This document shows positions 22,976-37,065 of a stretch of 64,000 bases of DNA, piece by piece. The notes beneath the pieces were generated by a model. That model saw only the letters and a program-made list of their open reading frames with translations, did not search any database and was not told the DNA's origin. The number at the start of each line of letters is the position of its first letter. Within the stretch, counting starts at the first letter, position 1. Location: positions 5,084,001 through 5,148,000 of the forward strand of contig JBLDXI010000042.1 in assembly GCA_047495785.1 (NCBI GenBank). The letters are read 5' to 3'. Made by a program: the position numbers and the translations under genes. This stretch comes from Lepidodermella squamata (Eukaryota; Animalia; Gastrotricha).

Positions 22976-25900
22976 CCTATAATGTTTCGATGGGACGAAT
23001 TTAAGACCGGCGCTTCCCCGGACGCTCTCATGCTCCTATGGGCTTAGGGCAATCACGTTCATACGTTCAAACTACGCTCAAAACATTCATTTTTTTTCAT
23101 TTCTTTATCAGTGCGTAGTTTATAAACAGCACGTGTCGTTTCATTCACATTTTCTTTTCCAAAATCATGAAAAAAATGTGATAAAGAAATGACGTTTTAT
23201 TTTATAAAATAAAATGGAAAAAATCGAATAAAGAAATGATATTTATTTTAATTTTGAAATTTAAAATGATAAAGAAATGTCAGTGTTTAATTTTAATTTT
23301 AAAATAAAAAATGGCTTGTGATAAAGAAACGCACCCATTGTTATAAAAATAATATTGTTATGACAAAGAGAGCAGGAAAAAAACGAACCGGAAAATATGT
23401 TCGGGGATACATTATATGGATGAGATGATTGAGCAAAATTAGCCGCCAGAAAAATTCCAGCCAATTTTCCGCTCGAAATAAATATTTTCCTTTATAAAAA
23501 ATGTTGGAAAATATTCCTAACAAATTGTAAAAAATCCCCCTTAATTCTAAAATAATATAGAAAATTTAGTATATTTTTTTTGCTCCAAGTAACATTTTAA
23601 AATATTTTTTTCCTGAACTTTAATAATATTACCCTGTATTTAGGAAATATAGCGAGCGAGATGCAACACGTTGATAAGAAAAATCCTCTTTATTTTCCGA
23701 CGGCGCCAGGCCACCGCCACGGCACCAGCAAGGTGTTCAATGGGCAATAATGATATGCCAAAAAGGATCAAAAGAGGCATTAGAGGCTGCAACCTAAACA
23801 ACGAACGCACAGTTGCCTGTTTAATTCGTTGCTGTGTTGGCGCCAGGGCATTAATGTGATACAAAAATCCTATGCAGAATAAACAAAACGCAGACAACAT
23901 GTTAAACGCCGCGGTTATATACACGAATATAAACGCGCATCCTTATATATATATTACACGCGTGTGATAAATGCGCGCACAGGTAATAATAATAATAGTT
24001 ATGATAAAACGGTAATAAAAACGTGTTCGCGTAATAATAATACTTATTCCGCATTTAATTATCTATACCGATCGCGGAAATACGGTTTATTATTATTATT
24101 AGAGATAGCGCCCGATGTTACACCTGTTTACGTATAATATATTATGGTAGCTGGCGAATAACAGTTATTATAGGGGGCGGGTTGTTGTTAGGGTGGATAC
24201 AACTTCCTGTGATGCCTTGAAATAGCGTGGCTGGCGCGTTATCGCTAAATAAATCCTATGTTTTTCGCGAAACCGGAGAAGCTGCATGGAAAATCCTAAG
24301 CTTCGGCACGTTTTGGCTCCAAGGTTACACAAAAGTCAAACTTATACAATAATCATATCAAATATCGAAGCGCGATAAATCTGGGAAAAATACAAATACA
24401 CTCATTAAAGGACGCGTAAACTGACCTTAGGTTAGGAACAATTAAGGACTAATAATAGGAGTTATGGGAAGTTGAACAAAGGAGAGGAAGGGGAAAGTGT
24501 GGGAAAGGACAGGAAATGTACTCCTGCCTATTCAAAAATGTAAAGGACTGGTTCTCATGAAATTTTGAAAAATAATTCAAGCGTCTGTGTTAATTTTTGA
24601 AATTGTTTACAGCCACTACTCCCCTACTTGAAGCAAGGCATGCTATAGAGCTGTTCGTAAACGCGAAATTGAGAAGACACAACGCCGAGCAAAACGATTC
24701 AATTGATGAAACTTTCACAGCGCGCGCTTGAAAAGGTTAATCTTGAGCCGTGATCTGCGTTGAGACACGAAAATTGCCGCGCGGCTTTGAAGTCTCGGAA
24801 TAAATGTCTCTCTCTGTCTCAAGAAATAATGTAACAATGAGAGGCGGCCCCTCGTAAAATCACGCGCGCGTAAAAACTGCGCGCACAATGGTGACCTAAT
24901 TTAAATTACACCGTGCGCGCAAATTTAACAAAAACGACAAAATAGACACTTATTCTGGGACTTTATTACAGGCATATATCAAACGGCACGTCTCGCCGAG
25001 CTGAATCGCCTGATTACCATCGCTAACTACGTGAAAAAATTCAAGTCAAACAGTGAAGTTTCAAGATATTAGTAACCTTTGGAGGTGTAAATTTGTCTAA
25101 CCTTATTTGTAAGATAGTAATTATCGCCGTGAAATTGGACAATAAAAGTGCGCGTGTCTAGGCGGCTAATATAAGTAATCATCATTTAGCATTCTTAAAG
25201 ACGGCCGATGAAGATTTGCAAGTGCTGAGGTTGTAAAACAGGCGATAATGAGGTTGTAGTGGTGGTGGCGGTGGCAGACAAACACACTTTATTGTCATGA
25301 TGGAGCAGCGAGCAGCGAGCGAGATGAGACTGCTGGTCACATATTGTTGTACACCGATATAAGTGTAATATATTGCTCCGGAGTGAGCGAGTGAGTGATG
25401 GAGCGATGAGTGAATTGTAAAAGGGGTCAAGTCGAGAGCAGTGATAACGAGCGTGCATATTTAATAAGCACTTGTCATCGCGATGGCTCACGATCTCGAG
25501 CCGCGTGTCAATATAATGCATACCGCTCAACATCAAACGCTCGTGATTATCACATCATTTTTTGAAATTTACTATAACACTATAAAAAACAACAATTGAG
25601 ATCAGTTGAAAAACATTTGAATAATTTCGCTGAAAAACCATAAAGAGCGGAGATAGCGCAGAATATCTACTTCAAACTTCACAAAGCGACTACACTTCAA
25701 AAAGTTTGGGAAAAGAAATTCCCGGCCAACCAATATAAGAGGCGATCTGCGTTATAAAAAACACAGGTAGAAAATGAAGGAAATGGAAAAAATTATGCAG
25801 GTAAAGAAAAAGAATCAAACTTTGAGCGGAACTCAATTTCCGTGAGTTATTGAGCTGTCATACATTTTTTCGAAATGCAACGTATTTTCGATGGGAAATA

Positions 25901-28900
25901 ATTTCGGAATTTTTTCTATCTCAGGGCTAGTATAACAGTTCTTAAATTCCAAAAATGTGTTTAAAAAATTGACGATTCCCATGTATTTATGGGGTTGGAA
26001 CTTGAAAAAACATGCGAATATGATTTATAGGAATATTCGCAAATAAAAGTAGGAATATTAGGAAAAATATTCTTTCCCAAAATCTGAAGCTTGGCTGAGA
26101 AAGGAATATTGTATAGGAATGTTAGAGATTTCAGATGGAAAAACCTGATGAATCATCTCGGAAAAGGATGAAAAGGCCTGAAGAACTCGAATTAACAATC
26201 GAAAACTTTCGATTTCTTTCGAACCTATTGATTTTATTCTAATTTTTGGAGTTCATTTTAAAATATTATGATAAATGCTACATCGAGGTGGTTCAGAAAA
26301 ATTGAAAGGCAAAATTGGGACATCTATGGAATAAATTTTGAAGATGAAATGAAGCTCAATTAGATAAAATCGCAGTTTTCTCAAGCAATCTCGAAACCTT
26401 GAATAAGGTTAGCTATAGGACTATTTTGGGACTCAGCGAATAGCTCGCCTTTTCCCTTATATATAACGAATATTTGGCTATACAAGTATATGGTTATTTC
26501 CAAAGGTAATAGCCTAATAGTCCTTTATAAATCTAAGAGCTGATAGAGAGCCGTATTATAACACGCCTCGTTGTAGTAAAAGGGCCTGCAGTCCGCTGAA
26601 AGGCCCTAAGCAAGCAGTAACTGACCGCGGCTCAGAACACAACAAAACGCAGAAAACAATAGCGAGAACAGGTTTTTAGGCCTAATAAAGGCCGAGGCGG
26701 GCTGAAAATTCACTCGAGTGGCGTATGAAAACTCAACTCGGCGTGTCTCTCGACGTCATTATAATTATTGATAATTACTATATAACCCACTTCCACCTGT
26801 CTGAAGCTGCGAGTGGCCCACTTTCAGCGTAATTAATACCGGCAGTGTATATTACAAAAATAATACCTACCTGTGTTTTGTTTACGCGTAAACAAAGGGC
26901 AGAATAATAAAAAATAATCTGATGACAATAAAAGACATTAATTTTTTGAGAAAAATAACATAAAAAAGGTGTTAATTATATTTTCGAGAGGGATTTTTGC
27001 ATAAATGCCTTTACACCAGCAGGCCGAGGAGTTGGACGTTGAGCTAAAATAAGGATACTTGATAGGATAAATAGTATAACGGCATGTGATTTCTCTCCTC
27101 ACCTGGCGTTGCGAAAATAGATTAGCCGCCGATTTATCATCATCAAAAGCCTGCCGGTTATATAATGGAATATAAGAATATGGGATATAAATATGGCAGG
27201 AACGTAAACAATTTATCCCTGACTTGTTTCTAATAAATCATAATAACCCGCTATTTTTCCGAAAATAAGAAAAATATTAGGAAAATAAGGCAAGAATTTT
27301 TCTACTATATCAAATCCGGAAGTTGGGGTCGATTATTTTTTCTACATTTTTTATACAACAGACCGCTGATCAAATAAATAAGATTTTTGTACAGCAAGGT
27401 GATTAAAAAATCTGACGTTTTCGCGGTAAAAAGGCTTGGTTTCACCACGGCTGTATATGTAAATATACCGACTAGATTTTTTGTAAGAAAAATAAACTAA
27501 ATACGACAGTTGAGTGAAAAATGATAATAATCGACCGGCTGTCTTATGTAAAACAATTTTTTTCCTATATATACGAATGATATACAAATATGTAAATGAA
27601 AAATCGTTTTTATATAACGGCTGAAATCGACTGACAATTTTTATAATGAACGGAAGCCATGCGTATGCGTGTATATTATTACAACGAGGAAGAGATGAAA
27701 AAAAGCTTTTTTTTCCTTATTTTATATGATAATATACTCGGGTGTATTATATGCTCTAGACGGCGGATGTGTATGTTGTAATGACTGCGTGGACGAGTGT
27801 GAAATTTGAGTTTTTACGCGCCGCGTGCGGAACCGATCGAAGTTGATATATAATGAATGCGATGGACTATCTATTCCCTGCATACAAGTCGTGCTATGCA
27901 AAAAAAAATGCGAAAAATCAAGTGTTTTTTGCTGGACTGGAAAAAAATGAAGAGATTTTTTGAGGGGAAATTAATGGAAATTAAAAATTAATTCGTCAGA
28001 AAGCAACGCAAAGTTCCGAGGATTTTCGCGATCTAGAATATTCTATCGCTTCAACCGCAAAACTTGAATGCAAAAAAAATCATTTTGATAATTGGACGAC
28101 ATGAGGTTTAGGAAATTACGAAGCATTGCGATGATGTCCTTAATTGCCATAAAAGAGATATTTGCGCGTATAGCATACCTACAAGCCTCAATTGGGCGAA
28201 ATTTGAAAAATGACAATTCCGCCGAAGACATTTAAGCAAATGAAGAAATAATCAAATAAGTAACGAGTATTTTTCATCCAGCTTCAAAATATTCACGAAT
28301 TCCAGGTATATAAGGAATAGAATCATGCGAATTAGGATTAGGAATTCCTAAAAGGCGGCCCATCAGGGTAGATCTTCAAAGAAAAATTAATTAAATATTT
28401 TATTAAAAAAAGGAAAAGTTGAGATATTTATTTCTTTCCCTTCTTTCTAAAATAATGATAGATTGTCAAAATTATGCTTGTGGCAACTTAATATGAAGCG
28501 GCCGAGAAGCGGAAAAAGGGCTCAAGATTAGGATTATTAAAAATCTACGCTGACCAAAACAAATCATTTTCCTTATTGCCATCAATCGCCGAATAAATCC
28601 TCAATTTTGCGAAAACAAAGCCTGCTTTTTAATCAAAAACAGATAGCATAAATATCATGTATAGACAGGGGCGAAACAATAGGAAATTTCCCAGGGGACC
28701 GGTCACTATATAGAAAATTTGAATATATCATCCAGTTTGCACTTGAAATTCTGGGAAAAAACAACACGCATTTTTTGCGCATCATATTTGTATAATATGG
28801 GAAAAAAATATTCGCACTTCATGTCAAAAGTTGGGTATTATAAAATATAATTCCTATTCTTCCTTATTATTTGTATAAACTTAAGAAGCGTCTGTAGGGT

Positions 28901-31900
28901 AAAAAGTGTAGTAAGTACCGGTAGCACCCGTTAATTACTAGCAAATTCGAGAAAAGTCACGCCTCGGTGACTAAAGTCAGGAAACAGATATGCGGCGAAT
29001 GAGGCCTTTATTGGCGTTCAGCGAAGCGTAACAACTTGTTGTCATGTTGTGCGGTTTCAAAGATAGCGATGGGGGCTACTCTCGACTTGACGTTCAAGGG
29101 CGTGTTTTTAACACACCCACATAGCGAGAAAATATATTGATGCTTAAATAGGGGGCGGGTAGGCATAGTGGTTTACCTGCGTATAATGACGTGTTGGGCA
29201 CCCTGGCGCCGCCGCAATTGAGCCGTGTCACACTGCGCGCGCGCAGATGATATAAACGCGCACTTGACTGCGCGCGCCTGCCTAGTCATAAAAATGAGCT
29301 CGCGCGCGCGGTAATAAAGAGCGCAAACACGCGTGACGCGCACTTGCGACGCTGGAAACATATATATCATCATTATAATATATCATAGTAGCCTACAATA
29401 CCTATATATGCCTAATGAAAAAATAACCGGTGTCATTAACGTAAGGCCTCCTGTAATAAATTGGTGTATCCTTTTCGCCTTTATGGACACCCTGAGACGG
29501 TTTTTTTCCCGCCGGACCTCTATTTTTTCAATCTTTGTCGCGCATAACTCGGGCAATGTTTGTTTACCTTTCAGTTCGAAAAAATGAGTAAACAGCATAG
29601 AACGCAGTGCTCCATAGGTTTAGCTGAGAGGAACATTGATAGGAAATATATTAAGCTTAAAGTTGGGCGCAAAACTAACGATGCAATTTTTTGAAAAATT
29701 CGCAAAAAAATAGGATAAATTTGGAATAAATTTTTAATTCCAAAAAAATTGCAGCAGAAATCAACACCAAAATTTCAAAATTATATATTATTAAATATAT
29801 TATTTCGATGGAATGACAAATATTTTTCAACACAGGAACAGGTGAATTTTTTCGAAGATTCCTAAATGAGATCGAAATTGTATGAGACTTCGCTCCAATC
29901 GGAAAAAATTCGGATATTTTGCGAAAAGTTGGCCCATTTTTGAAGAAATTCTATTAATTACGGAATAGGTCGTGATAAGTAGCGCTATCTTCAACTCGTT
30001 CACCCTACGCGAAAAGTTGAAAGGGAAATAAAGCTTTCACTCACTTCATCTCGGCAGCTGCCTGAGAAAGCGCGAGAGAGGTGTTACACAAGGGCTGATA
30101 TAACCTGTCAGCAGACGCGGAGCCGACCACAAAACGGTAGCTAGCATGCCTTTACTCGTGAACCCGAGATAAAAAAGGCCGCCGCACACAGTCATCTGAT
30201 ATAAAATCGGACCTCGCAATGCGCGTGAGCGGAAGTTTATCGCGCACTATTATATTATAGTTTGGTAGTGTGTAACCTTTATTATATTAGGTATAATAAA
30301 AATCTGGGTTACAACAATTTTTGCGCGCACACGCCAGATCACGCTAATAATATAGCTCAGTGTGTCACATCGTATAGTAATAAAGGCCTATCCCGGTGTG
30401 TAATTATATGGCAATATTTCAAGTTGTCTGTATTATTGTTTAGGCATCAGGAACCAGGCGTCGTCGCTATGATTCATGTTGTTTGTGCGTGATCTGAACT
30501 TTGTTGTGGCCATTTTTATGCGAGATATTAGGTTGTAAACAAAAATACAGCAGGTTTATATACTATATATATGACTACCTACTGCTACGGCAATAATGAG
30601 TCGATTTTCGTGACTTTTGATGGTCTATATAATGGGACAACATTAGACATATGAGTGGCCTGACTTTTTTGATTAGGCCACTGAGTCTGCGGTATAATTA
30701 TGCCGATAACAAAATTTGATCCGGTTAATTATTTATCGATTAAAAAAATAATGCGAAAATGCGGATAATCCACGAGAAAAATTCCCAAAAATGGGCTACT
30801 GTTAGAGAGTGGGCTTCTGTTGAAGTGTGGGCTTATACAGTTTGAGTTCCGGTCTGGGAAGTTCCGGTTTGGGCTCAAGGTGCGGTGTTCGCGCAATGTT
30901 TTACTTTGTCGCGGAGCCGAACTTGCGCGCGGCGGCGTAACCCATAATCCGCCTAGGCTGCTCCATAGACCTGCAGAGTGACGCAGAGTGAACCCGGGCT
31001 ACTATTTTAGAGTGGGCTCAAGTATTTTGGGTCGTCATTTAGCTGGGCTCCTAAATGCTTGGAGGAATAGACAAATGTAATATTACTCGAAGACTAAATG
31101 AAGGTGGTTTCCGAAGATGAAAGAAATTATTGAGAATTTTCAAATTTTGGGCCTGAAATTACATTTTTGAATTTTTTTGGGTTTCTAAGCCTCGCTGTTG
31201 TTCAGGATGATTATAGAATTTGATACGGTTGAAAAAAACAAACGATAATTTCAGAATTTTTAAGGTGAATAGAGAAAAACTAAGGAATCTACAATTCTGA
31301 AATATTCTCGATTTCAAGTAGTTGAAGCTTCTTTTTGATGATTTTATCCAATTTTTCCGTGTGAATTTTCGTCTTCCTTTTTCGGGAAAAATTCGGGAAC
31401 TTCGCTGGGAGAAATGCACATTTTCACGCATTTTCAATTTTCGCCAATTTCTTGCATCATCATAATAGCTCTTCGAGATAAAAATACCGCCACTTCTTTC
31501 CATTATTTACTCCATTTTTTCTTTAGTTAAAAAATACAAAAAATGAAGTCGAAAAATGAGCTCGTGACGCCTGTCACCGCAAACATTTGTTATAAAAAAG
31601 GTGTAGATAAAAATGAAAAAAAACTATTGAAAAATGCGTAATAAAAACAAAATTCTTGAAAACTGCAAAAATTGTCTCAATTTTCCGAAGCAAATTTTCT
31701 GCTTAAATATTCTTGATATTTTGAAAGGTCGCGTGTCACTAATGCGATGATAATGGCGTGTAATAAAAATATTTATCGAGATAATGATAATAATTGCGGC
31801 TATGAATTACCGTGTCACGCATGGGCTGTTGAAAAATTATTGAAAAAATAGCCGGTAAAAATGAAAAATAATAAATAATAATAACAACAACGAGAGATGG

Positions 31901-34328
31901 CAGGAAAACTGCTGAAAACGCGCGCCGCCTATTATCGAGCCGCGCGCAACCGTCATTAAGCTGTCTGTTATTTTATCATCACATTACTATTATTATTATT
32001 ATAATCATTTTTGCATGCCGTTGACGTCTCTTCTTTCAGTGGCCGTAGTCATTTAACGCTCGCTGTGCCCAAATCAACATCGCCAACAACGCAAACGGCC
32101 GCGCGCTTGTTGATGAAAGTCTATTACTTGTGCTTACAATAATGTCTCAGTAGTGGTCGTTCGTCGTAATGACACGGCTATTAGGCCTACTTACCAAAAG
32201 TGAGCCACTCTTAGCCAGCGTTTTCCCATTATGTGAGACAGCAGCCCGGGCGCGTTTTTGCGCCTGCGCGTATACAATAAAAATGAGACACTCATTAGCG
32301 CGCATTTGCGCGTCTTTTTTGCGCACACGCGCGCCATATGTCAAACGGTGCGCGTTCGAGTGAATTTCGAAGAAAAACGGGCTTTTCGGTAGAGAAAAAT
32401 AACGGCAAATAAGTGTAAACATCACTGAAAATACGGTTGATTTTTTGAAAAATTGAGAAAATGATTTGAAATGATTTGAAATATAGCGAATTTTTACGTT
32501 GGAAGCCGCGAAAAATCATGATGCAGGACATGATAAAGGACGATATTATAATAAATTAGAATAATTTTAAAGATCCAAATAAACTTAAACAAACAAAAAT
32601 CAGCCATGAAAAATAGAAAATGGAAGCAAATATTCCGTGGCGCATACAAATTTGGTTTGACAGAGCGAAAGATATCAGGCGAAAATCCGAAATTCCGAAA
32701 AGAAATCCTTACCAAAAGCAGAAAACAATGCAAATAGAACGGGTTAAGCTGGAATAAAAGTCATTTTTCAGTTGGAAGAATTATTCGAAAAATTATCAAC
32801 CAGCAATGAACTCAATGCTAACTTGAAAAGGAATCGTACAAAAAACTGGTTTAACGGCTAATGGAAAAAAATCGGACGATGAGCAAATAGAAAATTATAC
32901 CCCTAATATAATATGATGTATAATACTTGAATATGTTGTGTTAGCTTATTATAAAAGTGAAGTTTATACACCGAAAAGTTTGCAGGCCTTCATCGTCTTC
33001 GTCTTCGTCTCATTCTGCTGCTCTTCACGCAGCAGCATCGCCGTTCGCCCGCGCTTAAGTGTCAACAATGGACCTCAATAAAACGCGCATTAGGCGTGAC
33101 ATGGCACACTATTATACCCCCTGCTAATAATATACACAGCGTAAGCTAAATAATTTTGGAAATTAATATAATGAAATGCCAATATTATATTACTGCTGTC
33201 CTTATTATATTTTTGAGGCAGCATCGTAGTAAAAAGGCGAAAGTTCGGCCGCCTTGTTTGCGAGTGCAAATTCTGGTGAGGCGGGTGACTGCAAAATCTT
33301 GATAAATACGGCCTATTAATAGTCGAGACACGCGCGCATCTGTCCTTTCAAATTAAAGCGCGATGACAATGATTTTTCTATTTATTTATAATATTTATTA
33401 TTACACGCGCCGGCTTTCAAAATGTAAATAGGAATATTAAATTATTTAGATATTATTATTATTATTATTATTTAGGATCCTTTCATAACAAATAAATTAA
33501 CGCGTTTAGAGGCGGCGTAAAAAGGCAGAGTTTTAAGGTGATTTTCAGCTGTCAAAAGGGCGTTTTGTAAATATACAAAATAGTATATAATAATAATAAT
33601 AATATTGCGATGAGTTTAGGTGCGCACGCCGCTGATGGAATTTTATTATATGAGCCACTTGATAATTGACCGGTCAATACACCTGTCGGATAAGTACTGA
33701 CAAACCAATTTGATTAGCACCGCGCCCAGTTCGCATTCTCTTCAATTTTTGACAAGACTTCAAGCTGTCACCAAGCAGCAGAAAGTGAGAGGACACTGTA
33801 AACTTTTGGGCCCAGAGTTTCCGCAGTTGGGTATTTCCAAATTATAGCTACATACCGCCATCGGGTTCCGAGACTCTGATAAGTATCGTACCCCCAGTTC
33901 GGTAGGCCAAGGTGGAAATCACCAAAACGACCACAGGGGACTCTTTGGTCATAAAACTTGAGCCCGAAAATACCGTTAGTTCGAGGATCCTACTTAGGGC
34001 ACTGATTTTGACCAAAAGGCCCTACCCTATATGTTTGCGTAACTTGACAGGTTTCGCCTGTTACCTTCTCATCTCGATGACTTCTTAGCTTCCGAAAAGT
34101 AAATTTAAAATATCATCGCAGAATTTGCGACAGCGAGATTTATTTTAATTATTGCAAGTCTTAAAACTGGAAACAGCACCAAAGCATTTAACAGACGATT
34201 AGCGGAACTTGATAATGGCTCAGCAAGTAAATTCTTCACAGCAGATTCGGCTATAATCCACAAATTCAGTGCGTCACTGCCGTACGACTCACCAGAATGA
34301 ATTAGATATTTGAATTCTTGACTCATAA

Positions 34329-34696
34329 TTAGCCTTTAATTCCAATTCTTGCGCTGGCTTGCGGCTTGCGGCGGTCCTTTGTTGGCTTTGAAATTTTGAC
34401 CTTGGCAGGATCTGAGGCCTTGTTTCCGCCCTGCTTCTTTCTATCGCTGCGAGCTCCCTCCTCTTCGTAGTCAGCCTCGCGGGCTGTCGGAGATTTCTGC
34501 GGCCTATGGATCGCAGGCTTGACGACTTTAGCGAACTTTGCCTCGCGCGCCGCACCGACAGCCCGGAACTCCTCTGCCGAAGCAGTGGAAGCAACCACGA
34601 AGGCCTGTTTAATAAAAAATATCGTGGCTACAGATCCCAGCAAGACAGCGCTATGAAACTTACTACAACAAGAGTGAGAAGAAGGATATTGTTCAT
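34329..34696 (-). CDS. Small secreted Cys-free peptide precursor 1 (102 aa; exons 34696-34664 and 34604-34329)
   Basis: Signal peptide MNNILLLTLVV|AFVVASTASA split by a GTAAGT..AAACAG intron, followed by EEFRAVGAAR...DYEEEGAR-SDRKK...SARIGIKG*. Confidence 0.85.
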
Positions 34697-34699
34697 GTT

Positions 34700-34950
34700 A
34701 GATCAAAAATTTGAAATGAAAAATGATTGTTAAAAATTGTGTAGCGCATTTTATAAGCTTCTCCCGGACGATCTTCTCACCAACTGAGCAAACCTGCGCG
34801 AGTAGGCGACTCACGTGTTTCGGAGTTACCGATGCACTCGATGAATGATAGATAGCTAAATGGCAGAGGCGATGCTTTATTTTTTAACGCGTGATCATCG
34901 TTGAATTAATATTATTTATTGACATACGAAGCCGGTGTTCAATTTAGCTA
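34700..34950 (-). promoter_or_regulatory. Promoter of precursor 1, duplicated with precursor 2
   Basis: TATAAAA about 55 nt above the ATG and CACGTG at about 34812. The block is colinear with 36315-36590. Confidence 0.6.
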
Positions 34951-35552
34951 TGCAAAACGGTCAGATACTTATGCACTAGAAGTTATCGTTAATTGTCTAA
35001 TTCAAATTTGTAAATAATGTAAGGTAAAAAGGTTATATCATGCGGAAAGTTATTTTACTAGCAATTTCATGATCAATCCGACGAGATTCAATGTCAATGC
35101 TTCAGCACTAAGGCTGTGTTTTTTGTTGTCCAATCTCCCCAAATTTCGGGTCGCCCATTTCTGAAGCTCACCTTAACCTGCAAAGGCTCGAGCCCGAAAA
35201 CCTCTGGTGCATGCATTGAAAAATCTTTCATCTGCTGCCTAAGCTTGAGATTCCCGAAATTCCGGGGCAACTAAAAAAACGCCCAATAAGCCTTAACGTA
35301 TGTTCGATCCCTCAGAGCTCTACTTTTATTTGTCAACGCCGAGCAACTGTCTCGGGAATGCAGTGCACCGATGATAGAGCAAAGGCGGTGGTAGTAGTGT
35401 TCCTGTTATCAATAGCCGGTGCGAAGGGTGAGCAAATTTCAACTATGTATGGACGACTGCGGTAACGGCTCGTCATGAGTTTGAGGATCCGATCTTCAAA
35501 TAGGTAGAGCGTGAACTAATTTGAGGTGTTCCATCTATGGCCACCGCTATTT

Positions 35553-35819
35553 TACTGTATATCTACTAATTTTTGGTGGTCATTAATTTTCGGTTTTGGA
35601 GATTTTGGGCCTGTGGATTCGACATTTAATTTCGGTGGATTCGAATTCGGTTAAGACTGGCCGCTGAGCAAAAAAATTGATTTATTTTAATAAGACGGCT
35701 CCAGCGCGTGATACGCGGTTTTCTTGCGAAGAAATAATATTCGGTGGTTTTAATTTGCAAAAACACCGAATTCAAAGATCAAACCGAAATTAATGACCGG
35801 AAATTGTAGATATGCAGTA
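35553..35819. mobile_element. Degenerate MITE between the two precursor genes
   Basis: TACTGTATATCTAC..GGTCATTAATTTTCGGTTT versus AAACCGAAATTAATGACC..GTAGATATGCAGTA. Confidence 0.55.
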
Positions 35820-35997
35820 TACATGGATCATAAAATATCAGTATTTTCCACAACATTATTTATTTGAAATAATCCTAAAAGGAAACAACGTAACAATGTT
35901 CTAGTGACGCGCGGCATACACCAAAGCATGACAAACACGATTAGATGCGACGTCGGATGGCTCCATGAGTGAATGCTTCACAGCCGCCACCATAGCC

Positions 35998-36310
35998 TTA
36001 CCAAGTGATGGGAAAGTGGTATAAGCGAGCTGAACCTTCTACACTAGAATGGTCTTTCTTGCCCTGGCCGTGCTTCATGCTGTTCTTGCCGGATTTTGAG
36101 GCCGTGTTTCTGGGCTGCTCATGTCTAAAGCCGCGAGCTACCTCCTCTTCGTAATCGGCATTGCGCGCCGTACCGACAGCCCGGAACTCCTCGGCCGCCG
36201 CAGTCAACACAGCTGCGAAAGCCTGTTAAAGAGAGTTATCATGGCTACAGAACCCAGCAAGAAAGCACGAAACTTACCACCACAAGAGTGAGAAGTAGGA
36301 TCTTGTTCAT
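35998..36310 (-). CDS. Small secreted Cys-free peptide precursor 2 (85 aa; exons 36310-36278 and 36222-35998)
   Basis: Signal peptide MNKILLLTLVV|AFAAVLTAAA with the same intron, followed by EEFRAVGTARNADYEEEVAR-GFRHEQ...SARLYHFPITW*. Confidence 0.85.
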
Positions 36311-36314
36311 GTTT

Positions 36315-36590
36315 GATCGATAATAATTTGAAACGAAAAATGATTGTTAAAAATTGTGAAACGCAGCCTCGCCATTTTATAGTCTTCTCCTCGCCGATCT
36401 TCTCACCAACTGAGCAAACCTGCGTGAGTGGGCGTAGACTCACGTGTTTCGGAGAAACCGATGCACTCGATTAATGATAGATAGCTCAATGGCAGAGGCG
36501 AGGCGGCATATCAGCGTAATTTTCTAACGTGTGATCATCGCTGAAACAATAAACATATTATTTATTGACTTACGAAACCGGTGTTCAAGT
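36315..36590 (-). promoter_or_regulatory. Promoter of precursor 2
   Basis: TATAAAA at about 36375-36381 and CACGTG at 36441; high similarity to 34700-34950. Confidence 0.6.
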
Positions 36591-37065
36591 CAGCATTGCA
36601 CCTGAATTTTTCATCTAGGTATTTTTTTCAAATTTGTCAAATAAATGTGATAATGTCGATGAGGGAAATGTAGCGTCGACTCTCGTTGAACTTCCGATGG
36701 ATCCTGAGTTCGCTCAATCGGAAAATAGCCGGGTCCCGTACTGCTCATCAGTTCTTTGAACACTTGAGATAACCAACCTTTTTTGAAATCAAGCTGCTAA
36801 AGCGACGAATGGTTTGCGCTCAGCGATAGCTTCTTTTTCGGTTTCCTGTGCTTAAATATTATCACAATCATTATATTGAAACGACCGAGAACCTTCGAAG
36901 ATTTATGCTTTGAAAACCACTGAAAAGTTCAAAAACTTGAATGTATAGACAAAAAAGGGTTAGCTAACAAATATCTCACATTTTATTCCGGCAAGTTTCA
37001 AATTTTGACAAAATTCTCGGTTGGCCAATATATAACAGCTTTTTCAAATAAAAATCATACTATAA

